From: Candidatus Thorarchaeota archaeon
GTDB taxonomy: Archaea > Asgardarchaeota > Thorarchaeia > Thorarchaeales > Thorarchaeaceae
Reading direction: 5' to 3'
Assembly (NCBI GenBank): GCA_963726195.1
Contig: CAVSBO010000015.1
Coordinates: 65,275-129,274 of the forward strand
DNA: 64,000 nt
Part shown: piece by piece, positions 28,754 through 38,181 of the stretch
Numbering within the stretch: position 1 is the stretch's first letter
How the letters are laid out: the number at the start of each line of letters is the position of its first letter
Notes under the pieces: generated by a model
Database searches by the model: none
What the model was told of the DNA's origin: nothing
The model's input: only the letters and a program-made list of their open reading frames with translations
Translations under genes and position numbers: made by a program

Positions 28754-30295
28754 GTGAAACCTGTGACTGTAATCGTCGATGGCACAAGTCTCACAATCGA
28801 TGATGTCATCCGTGTCGCAAGGCACACAGAGCAGACCAAGCTTGCGGATTCTGCCCGTGATGGGATTCTCAACAGCCGCGGCGTCGTTGATGCGGCCGTA
28901 AAGTCAGGTCGCACGGTATACGGCGTTAACACTGGTTTTGGTGATCTTGCCCAAGTAACCATACCGAAGAAAGACCTCTCCCGTTTGCAGCTGAACCTGA
29001 TAAGGAGTCACAGCGCAGGCGTAGGCCAACCCTTCTCCTCTGATGTAGTGCGGGCAATGATGCTTCTCAGAGCCAATGCATTGGCGAAAGGCTACTCCGG
29101 TGTACGCCCCGAAGTCATAGAGACCTTGCTTGAGATGGTCAACCGCGGAGTCACACCTGTGGTACCTCAACAGGGATCTGTTGGTTCGAGTGGTGACCTT
29201 GCGCCGCTTGCACACATGGTCCTAGTTCTGATAGGAGAGGGAGAGGCTTACTACGAAGCCGCGAAGCTCGATGGAGCGTCTGCGATGAGAAAAGCGAAAC
29301 TGAAGCCCATTGTTCTGGAGGAGAAGGAGGGAGTCTCTCTCATCAATGGCACTCAGCCCATGACTGCGGTAGGTGCCTTGACAGTTCACGATGCGATGGA
29401 CCTTGTTAGAGATGCCTCAATTGCTGCTGCATTGAGTCTGGAAGCTCTCAGAGGAACAAGAAAGGCCTTTGATGAACGGATACATTCGGTGCGACCTCAC
29501 AAAGGCCAGATTGCAGTTGCAGCGGCCATGAGAACAATTCTTAGCGACAGTGAAATCAACAGGTCCCATGCAAACTCTGGGAAGGTTCAAGATGCTTACT
29601 CGCTCAGGTGCATTCCTCAGGTTCTCGGTGCGTCACTGGACACGATCAGATATGTGAGTAACGTCATCCAAGTGGAGATTAACTCTGCAACCGACAACCC
29701 CCTCGTATTCTCTGATACGGGGGAAGTCATCTCAGGCGGCAATTTCCATGGAGAACCCATAGCACTGGCAATGGATTTCTTGGGTATAGCACTGTCCGAA
29801 ATCGCCAACATATCCGAAAGAAGGGTGAACCGGCTGGTCGACCCAAAGCTGAGCGGTCTCCCTCCATTCCTCACACGAGATAGCGGGATTCAATCAGGCA
29901 TGATGATCGCTCAATACACAGCAGCCGCACTTGTCTCCGAGAACAAGGTGTTGGCACATCCTGCAAGTGTGGACTCGATACCTACGAGTGCTGATCAGGA
30001 AGACCATGTGAGCATGGGGACAATAGCTGCCAGGAAGGCTTCCCTGATACTGGAGAATGTCCAGAATGTTATTGCGATAGAATACATGTGTGCTACCCAG
30101 GGCGTGGACTTGCTCTCACCGCTGAAACCCTCAGAGCCTCTTCAGAAGGCGACGGCAGTGATTAGGAATTCTGTAAGGACTCTCGAGGATGACAGATCAC
30201 TGCAACCCGACATAGCAAAGATAAGAGAACTGATGAAATCGGGAGCCATCGTGAATGAGGTGGAGAAGATTACCGGTCATCTCTATGAGGAATGA
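28754..30295 (+). CDS. hutH: Histidine ammonia-lyase
   Basis: VYGVNTGFGDLA, LQLNLIRSHSAG, GSVGSSGDLAPLAHM (the MIO-forming loop) and SATDNPLVF...GGNFHGEP are all present. The product is 513 aa. Confidence 0.9.
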   Translation: MKPVTVIVDGTSLTIDDVIRVARHTEQTKLADSARDGILNSRGVVDAAVKSGRTVYGVNTGFGDLAQVTIPKKDLSRLQLNLIRSHSAGVGQPFSSDVVRAMMLLRANALAKGYSGVRPEVIETLLEMVNRGVTPVVPQQGSVGSSGDLAPLAHMVLVLIGEGEAYYEAAKLDGASAMRKAKLKPIVLEEKEGVSLINGTQPMTAVGALTVHDAMDLVRDASIAAALSLEALRGTRKAFDERIHSVRPHKGQIAVAAAMRTILSDSEINRSHANSGKVQDAYSLRCIPQVLGASLDTIRYVSNVIQVEINSATDNPLVFSDTGEVISGGNFHGEPIALAMDFLGIALSEIANISERRVNRLVDPKLSGLPPFLTRDSGIQSGMMIAQYTAAALVSENKVLAHPASVDSIPTSADQEDHVSMGTIAARKASLILENVQNVIAIEYMCATQGVDLLSPLKPSEPLQKATAVIRNSVRTLEDDRSLQPDIAKIRELMKSGAIVNEVEKITGHLYEE

Positions 30296-30355
30296 GAATT
30301 CTCCACAAATGCGGTGCGAAGTGGTGTCCATAGGAACCGGGGGAATCTCCTTGTC

Positions 30356-31646
30356 CTAGGGTCCCAGTCTCGTGTGAATCACTTGACCATTTGCAATTAC
30401 AGTGTGAACGAGATTCACTCCGAACCTATACGCCAAGTACTCGGGATTTGGGCAATCAAGGATGATGATGTCTGCCCTCTTGCCCTCTTCGATGCTTCCG
30501 ATGCTGTGCCCGCGGCTCAATGCATGGGCGGCATTGATTGTCACCGCACTGATTGCTTCACGCGGATGCATCCTCATTTTGTGACAGGCCAGTGCAATCG
30601 TGAAGAAGAGCGATTCATTCGCACAGTTCGGATTGAAGTCGGTGGCTAACGCGATAGGGAGACCCATTTCAATCATCTTGCGTGCGTTCGCAAATTCGCT
30701 GTTCATGCTGAAGGAGGTCGCGGGCAGGAGTGTTGCGATCGTTCCAGCCTTGCGCATAGCTTCAAGTCCGTCATCAGATGCCATTAGCAGGTGGTCGGCT
30801 GAGATCGCACCTACCTCTCCCGCTAGGTCGGCTCCGCCCAGATGCATTATCTCATCGGCATGCACTTTGAGCTTCAGTCCTGCCTTCTTGGCTGCCAGAA
30901 GTATGCGCCGAGACTGCTCGATGTCAAAGGCTCCCTTTTCACAGAATACGTCGCAGAATTCAGCCAGCCTGCGCTTGGTTACTGCAGGTACCATTTTGTT
31001 GACAACTAAGTCGACATAGTCATTGGTCTTTCCCTCAAACTCAGGCGGAACAGCGTGTGCACCAAGAAAAGTGCTGACGAAGCCCGTCGGCAGGCGTCCT
31101 CGCAGAGCGTCTACCACCTCGAGTATCTTTGTTTCATCAGCCACGTTGAGGCCGTATCCGCTCTTCGCTTCTACGGTCGTTGTTCCTTCACCAAGCATAT
31201 TCGAAGCAAAGGAGTAAGCTCAGGTTCGACAGCTGATCCCGGCTGGCCGCACGAGTCGCTCGCACGGTATTCAGAATACCACCGCCAGTCCTGAGTATCT
31301 CCATGTACGTTCTTCCAGCGAGCTTCATTGTAAAGTCGTTCTCGCGGGAGCCGCCAAACACTAGGTGAGTGTGACTGTCTATGAATCCCGGCAGTCCTAG
31401 CATCCCCGGAAACTCAAGGCTAGGAAGAGTGGGGTCGTCGGTCACTTGGGCCAAGACATCCTTCGTGGTGCCCACGGCCGCGATTGCCCCGTCTTTGATA
31501 GCAACTGCGGCATCTTCCACTATGGAGAGTTCTTTCATGCCTTCTCCTGTTTTGGGCGCCTCACTGTTGCCCTCAAGGGTCGCTAGCTTGCCAATGTGAG
31601 TAAGCAAGACATCGGGTTTCAACGGATTCCACGCCAAGGGTCTCAA
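30356..31646 (-). CDS. hutI: Imidazolonepropionase, reading frame broken near 31215-31235
   Basis: The N-terminal part reads GLPGFIDSHTHLVFGGSRENDF...TVRATRAAS. The C-terminal part reads MLGEGTTTVEAKSGYGL...HADEI...ISADHL...ATDFNP. These are amidohydrolase metal ligands. The two ORFs overlap in different frames. Confidence 0.85.
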
Positions 31647-31704
31647 TGAATCGCCTGATTTGTATTGCGTTAGCCATCATCAGAGTCGCATTAATTAGGC
31701 GGCC

Positions 31705-32328
31705 ATGTCTGCCAAAGTCAAGGCTTTCTTGGTGGTTCCAAGAGCAGTGAAGTACATTATCCTGAGTTGGCAGGACGTCTACAACCTGACCTTACAGCTT
31801 TCTGAGCGTATCGTAGAGAGTGGCTTTAAGCCGCAGGTTATTGTTGGCATAGCGAGAGGCGGCTGGATTCCTGCAAGGATTCTTTCAGACGTGCTTTACA
31901 CAAGTGCGATGTTCAACGTACGAATCGAGTACTATAGCGAGCTGGGAATCAAGGGCCCAGAGCCGAAGGTGACGCAACCGCTCTCGGTTCCGATAGAAGG
32001 CAAGAAAGTACTACTCGTGGATGAGATAGCAGACACTGGCGAAAGCCTGACACACGCAATCAACTACATAAAGAAGCTCGGAGCTAGTGAAGTCCGCTCC
32101 GCAGTCCTACAGATCAAGCCGTCCTGTAAGATTGTTCCCGACTACTTCGTACAGAGAGTCGACGCTTGGACTGTTTATCCATGGGAACACCGGGAGTCGA
32201 TAATAGCCATAGTGAAGGCGTTTAAGGCAGAGGACCCATCTCTCGATATGAAACGCATACGCGAGAGGCTCGTGTTTGAGGTTGGCTTTGACCCGACTGT
32301 TACTGATTACTTCATTAAGCGTCTGTAG
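31705..32328 (+). CDS. Purine (hypoxanthine/guanine/xanthine-type) phosphoribosyltransferase
   Basis: The PRPP-binding loop KKVLLVDEIADTGESL is present, along with the archaeal-type layout (ISWQDVYNLTLQLSERI...GIARGGWIPARILSD). Confidence 0.75.
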   Translation: MSAKVKAFLVVPRAVKYIILSWQDVYNLTLQLSERIVESGFKPQVIVGIARGGWIPARILSDVLYTSAMFNVRIEYYSELGIKGPEPKVTQPLSVPIEGKKVLLVDEIADTGESLTHAINYIKKLGASEVRSAVLQIKPSCKIVPDYFVQRVDAWTVYPWEHRESIIAIVKAFKAEDPSLDMKRIRERLVFEVGFDPTVTDYFIKRL

Positions 32329-32355
32329 TTCCATGCGTGAATCGAGGTTCAGAAC

Positions 32356-33048
32356 GTGCTCTTTGAGAAGCTGAGGCAACAGGACTCTTTTCTAGCCATT
32401 GCCATTGGTCAGCTGAAGAATGACAAGCACTTGAAAAAAGATGATTTGGTTCACTTTTCTACTCAGAAGCGCAACAGGATCCTCGCAGTTCAGTTTTTGG
32501 ACCCCGCCCTCGTTGCCGGCGAACTTCATATTCTTTCAGCAGCGCAAAACGCAGTGAATGCATGGTTCGGAGGATATGCTGTTTCGAGGGGTCTAGATGT
32601 TGAGATTGCAGTATATGCTTCGGGCCAGCCGCAGATAGGGCTCGCGCTGGAATCGATGGGGTTGCGAGACAACATGGTTTCCCTTGCTCTTGTTGTGATT
32701 GGGGATGATGACTCGGCGGTCAAGGGCACATATGAGGAAACAGTCGCCTCAGTCGGCTCAGAGATTCGTCCCAGCTTTCCCATGAGTGCAGACAAGAAAC
32801 GAAAGATCATGGAGCATTTCGGGATTAATGACACTGAAATCAGGGCAATGAGCGATTCGGATGACCCCGGCCTAGTCCGCGAGGCACTTTGCAGATGCGT
32901 TGCGAGTAGGGTCTCAATGGTGGCCATCGAGAACGTAAGGCATCGAACACTCAAGTTTCTTGAACCTACAAAGCTCCAGGAATATCGCTTTCCAGTGTTC
33001 TTACAGACAGAATATCGTTCTCTGCCACTAGTACGGAGATTCCGCTGA
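32356..33048 (+). CDS. cgi121: KEOPS complex subunit Cgi121
   Basis: VQFLDPALVAGELHILSAAQNAV...VEIAVYASGQPQIGLALESMGL...SLALVVIGDDD parallels archaeal Cgi121 from memory (ILNADVVATKKHVLHA...MEILVRASGQRQIHEAIKIIGA). The last ~38 codons overlap the convergent THUMP gene and may not be real. Confidence 0.65.
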   Translation: MLFEKLRQQDSFLAIAIGQLKNDKHLKKDDLVHFSTQKRNRILAVQFLDPALVAGELHILSAAQNAVNAWFGGYAVSRGLDVEIAVYASGQPQIGLALESMGLRDNMVSLALVVIGDDDSAVKGTYEETVASVGSEIRPSFPMSADKKRKIMEHFGINDTEIRAMSDSDDPGLVREALCRCVASRVSMVAIENVRHRTLKFLEPTKLQEYRFPVFLQTEYRSLPLVRRFR

Positions 33049-33532
33049 GATCGCCGATAATCTCGACCCACACGGTCTTGTCAGGTCTTTCCAGGTCTAC
33101 TTTTCGCGAAATGACTTCCGCTACTCTATGAACAACGTCCATAGAAGCGAGATTGGATTGCCTTCTTCTCACCGTCACCCGAAACTTCTCATCATCCAGT
33201 ATCTTAGTTCTGAGTTCCACAACGGCACTCACAATTTCGTCGAGGGTCGAGGTCACGCATTTCTCGATTGGTGTGAATCGCAGAGCAAAACGGAACTGGT
33301 AGGGGTTTTCGACTGCGAACTCTCTGAGCTGGTGTATTGTTTGAAATGGGTCGAGATTGGTCCAACATGTGAGGATGCCGGAGCCGAGAGCGGTCGTGAT
33401 GAGAATGTCCGGATCATCAAGCAAATCCCCGATGAAATACTGGACCTCCGACTTTGCAGCACGTTCCCTCTCACGCGGACACCCAACAAGAAGATTGAAC
33501 CTTTGCAGCAGCAATCCCTCATCGGTCTGCAT
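32966..33532 (-). CDS. THUMP domain-containing protein
   Basis: The 188-aa product reads FNLLVGCPRERERAAKSEVQYFIGDLL...FRFALRFTPIE...KFRVTVRRRQSNLASMDVVHRVAEVI..., matching the ferredoxin-like plus THUMP layout. Confidence 0.6.
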   Translation of the reverse strand: MQTDEGLLLQRFNLLVGCPRERERAAKSEVQYFIGDLLDDPDILITTALGSGILTCWTNLDPFQTIHQLREFAVENPYQFRFALRFTPIEKCVTSTLDEIVSAVVELRTKILDDEKFRVTVRRRQSNLASMDVVHRVAEVISRKVDLERPDKTVWVEIIGDLSGISVLVAENDILSVRTLESDIPGAL

Positions 33533-34244
33533 AGACTATTCTCTTTGTCCAGAGACCCAGCGCCTTCGCATCGACCTTCAGGATTTCGCTCAGTCGTTCG
33601 ACTGTGAGTTCACCTTCACGATACACCTTGATGTTGCTCGGATCGCCGGGTTCAACCCCTATTATTGTGGAGTTAGCCGTAGACTTGGACGGCCCGCCGT
33701 CGACATAGAGGTCAACAGAATCCCCAAGTTGGTCTACTGCCATGCCAACCTCAAATGGACTTGGCCCACCACTGATGTTTGCACTTGTGCCAACGATTGG
33801 TCCTCCGACCTCCTTGGCAATGTTCCTCGGTACCTGATGGTTTGGAACCCTTACGGCGATGGAGTCCCTCTTCCCTGAGACCTTAGCAAGAACTGGGTGT
33901 TTCGCCGTGACAACAAGTGTGAGGGCACCGGGCCAGAACAGCTTGACGAGAACCTTCTCAAGGTCCCCGAAATCGTGATAGGTTTCACATTGGGCGAAAT
34001 CAGCGAACAGCAATGGGACTCCCATACCGGGGTCTCGTTTCTTTGCTGCTATCAGCTTGTCCATGGCTTCCTCTTGTGTCGAGTCGCACCCCAAACCATA
34101 GCTTGTATCGGTGGGATATACGACAAGCCCGCCGGACCTGATGACTGACACTGCCCTCTTGACAGCTTTCCTTAGATTCTTGGCTGATTCGATTGTGGGT
34201 TTCTTGGTCCGCATGTCGTCACTGAACCTGACCGGTACAAACAC
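33519..34244 (-). CDS. L-threonylcarbamoyladenylate synthase (TsaC/YrdC/Sua5 family, single domain)
   Basis: GGLVVYPTDTSYGLGCDS...PLLFADF...WPGALTLVV...IAVRVPNH...GGPIVGTSANISG are present. Confidence 0.8.
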   Translation of the reverse strand: MFVPVRFSDDMRTKKPTIESAKNLRKAVKRAVSVIRSGGLVVYPTDTSYGLGCDSTQEEAMDKLIAAKKRDPGMGVPLLFADFAQCETYHDFGDLEKVLVKLFWPGALTLVVTAKHPVLAKVSGKRDSIAVRVPNHQVPRNIAKEVGGPIVGTSANISGGPSPFEVGMAVDQLGDSVDLYVDGGPSKSTANSTIIGVEPGDPSNIKVYREGELTVERLSEILKVDAKALGLWTKRIVYADR

Positions 34245-34262
34245 ACATATGGCCGTTATGTT

Positions 34263-35321
34263 TTGCTGTCTTTGAAGGAGGAACCCCTCATCCGCGCGGT
34301 GATACTGGCAGCCGGCAGAGGAGAAAGGATGCGACCGCTAAGCGACCTCGTGCCGAAGCCGCTCTTGTTCTGTGCGGGCATGACGCTGATACAGCGACTC
34401 ATTCGTTCTTTTATGGAAGCAGGTGTAAGGAAATTCACGGTTGGCGTGGGCTGGAAAGACGACCAGGTGCGAAAGCATTTGACAGCTCTTCCCGAAAGTC
34501 GGCTCATTGACGTGGTAGATGTGCCCGAGTACAAGCGCGGTCCTCTTCAAACCCTCGTGACAGCTCTGTCGAATGTCGACGACAGAACCTTCCTCGTTTG
34601 CCCGGCTGACTACATTGTTGAGGGAGAAACGATCTCCGGACTAATATCCGAGCATGACCGCGGGACTGGCCCTAGAGTTATGACTATCCTCGTTGATTCA
34701 AACAAGAATGAGGGCACACCCGTGTTTGGTGATGCAAACGGACTTGTCGCTGGCATGGGCGATTCTGCAGTAACCTTCAACAACGTAGGTTGTAGTGCCA
34801 TGTTGCTGGTTGCTGAGCAGAGCTTCAAGGCTGACTGCGGGGCGGCTCTCAAAGAGGGCAGCACGCAGGTCGTGTCAGCGATCAACAGAATCGTCTCCGA
34901 GAACAAACCAGTACGATATGCGGTGGTCAAGCAGCAATGGTTTGACATTGATGATCTATCTGCTCTGATGCGCGTCAACCATCATTTGCTGGAGCATATG
35001 ACATCAAGCGCCACAGGCACACTGTTTGTACCTTCGGGGCAGGAGGTGGATTGGCGCACCAACTTGTCGTTATCGGTGAAGCTCGACCAGGGAGCCAAGG
35101 TGACCGGTCCCGCGCTGGTGTGCGAATCCTCTCTCATAGGAGGAGAAGTCATTGTCGGCCCGTTCGTAACGATAGGACGCAACAGTCATGTTGGAGCACG
35201 GACTACAGTTGTCGAGTCAGTTCTGTTCGAGGGAGTGAACCTACCCGCCGGCGCTAGAGTCGAGAATGCTGCTGTATATCGAAAGACAGTGTACAGGAGT
35301 GAGTCCAAAGATGTCCCCTAG
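34263..35321 (+). CDS. Sugar/alcohol-phosphate nucleotidyltransferase with C-terminal left-handed beta-helix
   Basis: AVILAAGRGERMRPLSDLVPKPLL is the NTP-transferase signature. The C-terminal third has hexapeptide-like repeats (IGGEVIVGPFVTIGRNSHVGARTTVVESVL). Confidence 0.75.
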   Translation: MLSLKEEPLIRAVILAAGRGERMRPLSDLVPKPLLFCAGMTLIQRLIRSFMEAGVRKFTVGVGWKDDQVRKHLTALPESRLIDVVDVPEYKRGPLQTLVTALSNVDDRTFLVCPADYIVEGETISGLISEHDRGTGPRVMTILVDSNKNEGTPVFGDANGLVAGMGDSAVTFNNVGCSAMLLVAEQSFKADCGAALKEGSTQVVSAINRIVSENKPVRYAVVKQQWFDIDDLSALMRVNHHLLEHMTSSATGTLFVPSGQEVDWRTNLSLSVKLDQGAKVTGPALVCESSLIGGEVIVGPFVTIGRNSHVGARTTVVESVLFEGVNLPAGARVENAAVYRKTVYRSESKDVP

Positions 35322-35925
35322 TAGGTTTCGACTCAGACGTGTCTTCAGAAGGCCCATTGGATTCATGGCTCGCCCATTTGTGAAGGCTGGAGTTCGCCCA
35401 GACACAATAACCTACTTCTCACTTCTTGTCGCGGTTATCGCGTGGCTCACCCTTCTGATTTTCGACTTGCCAGTAGAGTATGGCATCCTCGTTTTCATCG
35501 TGGGCATTCTTGATGGGTTGGATGGTGCAGTCGCAAGAGGAAGTGGTCGGGCTTCAAAAGGCGGTGCATTGACGGACTCGGTAGTTGACAAGGCTGCCGA
35601 GGTTGTGCTGCTTATTGCAATTGCGACAGCGTACCCCGAGGATACGATTCTAGGTCTCTCCGTCAACATTTGGGTTGCTCTTTGCATATCTGGCTGGTTG
35701 CTCACTAGCTACTCCCGGTCAAGAGCAGAAGCATTGGGAGTCACCGACCTAGACGTTGGTCTCGGTGGCCGCTCTGAACGCCTCCTAATTCTAGCAGCCT
35801 TCTGCTTCTTCAAGTTCCTGCTTTGGGGCTTGGTAGTATCAACGTTCTTGGGCTTGTTTACTGCCGGCTACCGTTTCAATCATTACAAGGCCGAACTTAG
35901 AAACGCAGAGCGAATCACATCATGA
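35311..35925 (+). CDS. CDP-alcohol phosphatidyltransferase family protein
   Basis: DGLDGAVARGSGRASKGGALTDSVVDKAAE fits D-G-x2-A-R-x8-G-x3-D-x3-D. The protein is polytopic. ATG 35311 overlaps the upstream gene by 11 nt. Confidence 0.8.
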   Translation: MSPSRFRLRRVFRRPIGFMARPFVKAGVRPDTITYFSLLVAVIAWLTLLIFDLPVEYGILVFIVGILDGLDGAVARGSGRASKGGALTDSVVDKAAEVVLLIAIATAYPEDTILGLSVNIWVALCISGWLLTSYSRSRAEALGVTDLDVGLGGRSERLLILAAFCFFKFLLWGLVVSTFLGLFTAGYRFNHYKAELRNAERITS

Positions 35926-35993
35926 CATGTGGACAGATTCATCGGCGCCTTTGGGACCACCATACTTAAGAGCCGCCTCAGGCCGGTCGCCTC

Positions 35994-36440
35994 TTGAGAA
36001 CACCAAGCGGGGGTCTCGCGACCATGGCCACATTTAGGGCGGATTACTACTTGACGGCGGAGTTCGAGAAGGCCGATCCCACTACTGACACAAAGAACGT
36101 TCTGGAAGCTCTGCAAGACATAAAGGAAATGAAGGATCTCGCGGTGGTCTCCAGAAAACTGGAGGGCAAGCAGTGGTCTGAGATTCTAGGGCGAGTTGAA
36201 ATTCCTGCTGGTTCAAGAGAATTCTTCGCAATGGTCAAGAAGGAAACAACTCCACGTGAGCCCTACCACCTTTTCATAAGAGTCGACATTAACGAAGAGG
36301 CTCCTGACATCGCAGCAGCACGCGCTGCAGCTAAGGGCTGGATTGAGAAAGAGTTTGTGCCGAGAATCAGGACGAAGGTATCTGTCAAATCCATAAGAAT
36401 CCTTCAGCCCGAGGAGCTGTACCGACCCAAGATTAGCTAG
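35994..36440 (+). CDS. Hypothetical soluble protein
   Basis: The product is 138-148 aa, with a probable start at ATG 36024 (MATFRADYY). I recognised no family. Confidence 0.3.
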   Translation: MRTPSGGLATMATFRADYYLTAEFEKADPTTDTKNVLEALQDIKEMKDLAVVSRKLEGKQWSEILGRVEIPAGSREFFAMVKKETTPREPYHLFIRVDINEEAPDIAAARAAAKGWIEKEFVPRIRTKVSVKSIRILQPEELYRPKIS

Positions 36441-36447
36441 CAAAACA

Positions 36448-37448
36448 TCACTGTTCTATTGTGATTAGGTTCAAGATGTTGCCGACAGCCTGCGCGATTT
36501 CTGCTTTGCCATCTCCATTGAGATCACCCATTGCCAACAGAGAATCGATAGGCTTTGTCGCAGTCTTTAACGAGGCGTCCTGAACTGACTTCTGCCCGTC
36601 GTAGGAGAGTAGAAGGACAGTTGAGTCTCTGAGGCCAATCAGGATGTGGTCTAGACGCGAGTCTTTCTCTAGGCGGCCGACATGTACCGAGCTACTTCCG
36701 ACGGGAGTTGTAAGACCGTTTTCGTTTCAAGCGTTCTTTGTCCCATAACGAGCAGACTCAGAGACCGGCCGTCCGATACCATTACGACATCATCATTCTT
36801 ATCCCCCGTTATGTTGCCCGTGGCCAGAAGATGTCCCTCGCCTCCTACGGGCAGCTTGGAGAGTTCCTGTAGCCTGTCGTCCGCATAGTGGTAGATGTAT
36901 AGAGATCCGGAATCATCACCGAATACGAGCCCGCTATAGGGCATGCCTTTGTTTCTCAAGGGTCGCACAGAAAAGGTCGGCCTATCCATTACTTTGTGGG
37001 CCAACTTGTCAAGGGCTGGCCCAAACCAGCCGTAGCATCTCAGCGCTCCATCATTGGTGGCTACTATCACTTCGGCCGCCTCGTTACCAACAACATTGGT
37101 TACGCAGAGAGCAGTAGGCAAGTTGCCTAGTTGGACTGTATCCATCACAACCAGCTTTCTTTCCACAGGCGATATTACTCGCACAGCATTGTCAAGCCCA
37201 CCAACGACAAGATCGGTACTACCTTTGTCCACGACATTTCCGGTGGAAAGAACAACCACGGGCGGTAGTCCAGTTGCCTTTGAGACCTGAACTAGCCTCG
37301 GCTTCCTAGCGGTTTCGATTCGCATAATCCTAACATCGCCATCAATTGTCGAGACTACGACGTTGCTGCGCTCCCGCCCAAAAGCCGCCACTTCTAGGGA
37401 GGTTATTGCTTCCTTAAATGAAAACTCAGCAATGACTCCCAGATTCAT
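36448..37448 (-). CDS. FG-GAP/VCBS-like beta-propeller repeat protein (no signal peptide), reading frame broken near 36670-36700
   Basis: Repeated blade-like units are visible (TGNVVDKGSTDLVVGGLDNAVRV; VVGNEAAEVIVATNDGALRCY; TGNITGDKNDDVVMVSDGRSL). A final unit, LAMGDLNGDGKAEIAQAVGNILNL, lies in another frame and ends at the stop 36448-36450. Confidence 0.55.
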
Positions 37449-37619
37449 CCGGTCGCGACCTCACGGTGGTTAGATTACCGCGAGGTCGTTGAGAGTCGGT
37501 GACTTGATTTAAGACTTGTTCCACTGGAACTATCGATGAAGGTACAGGCACAAGCTAAGGAGTGTGCATGTAGTGATGTGCTTAAGACATCCTGTGAGTA
37601 ACGCGAGTGCGAACTGCGC

Positions 37620-38165
37620 ATGGATGAACACGATGGCAGCATTACCCTGAACCCTGAGATATGGGCGGTATCGCCCGAGCGAGTAGCAGAAGAGCTGTGC
37701 TCCTTCATAAGGGACATGGGCTCCTTCACTCCGGAGTGGTTCGCGGAAGTGAAGTTTCATCTCCTTCGGCAGTCGGGGCTCACGAAGGAAAGCAGAGCGG
37801 AGCTGTGTCGGATTTCGATTCGAGAGGGTCATTGCATGAAATGCGAGGCGCTATACCAACCGAGAAACTGCGTCTTATGGTCGCGTCTATTCTCGATGGC
37901 GAAATCTGCCATGGACGACCGTTGTCCTCCGTGTATCAGGACAGCGCTCGCAAAGAACAGCGTCAAGACCGTAGCCAATTTCCTGACCAGCGCATACTTA
38001 ATTGATGCCCCATTCTACAAGGGACGCAAGGCCTCATCCTGCAAGACAATGACACAGTGGGGATATTGCCGGCCCGATGAGTATTGTCAGAAAATAAAGA
38101 GCGGAAGTCCTCTCGAATATATCTCGGCCAGGGAGAAAGTCAAGCTGAGCCGACCGATTCGTTAA
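37620..38165 (+). CDS. Hypothetical Cys-rich protein
   Basis: The 181-aa product has CMKC...CPPC pairs that suggest a zinc ribbon. I recognised no family. Confidence 0.3.
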   Translation: MDEHDGSITLNPEIWAVSPERVAEELCSFIRDMGSFTPEWFAEVKFHLLRQSGLTKESRAELCRISIREGHCMKCEALYQPRNCVLWSRLFSMAKSAMDDRCPPCIRTALAKNSVKTVANFLTSAYLIDAPFYKGRKASSCKTMTQWGYCRPDEYCQKIKSGSPLEYISAREKVKLSRPIR

Positions 38166-38181
38166 GCGATGCTCGCCGGGA

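Noticed and set aside
35994-36440. The 148-aa soluble protein considered as a profilin candidate, given the actin and gelsolin in the window.
   Set aside because: The sequence shows none of the profilin N-terminal (SWQ-x-YVD-like) or C-terminal helix patterns, and its length match alone is meaningless. It remains hypothetical.
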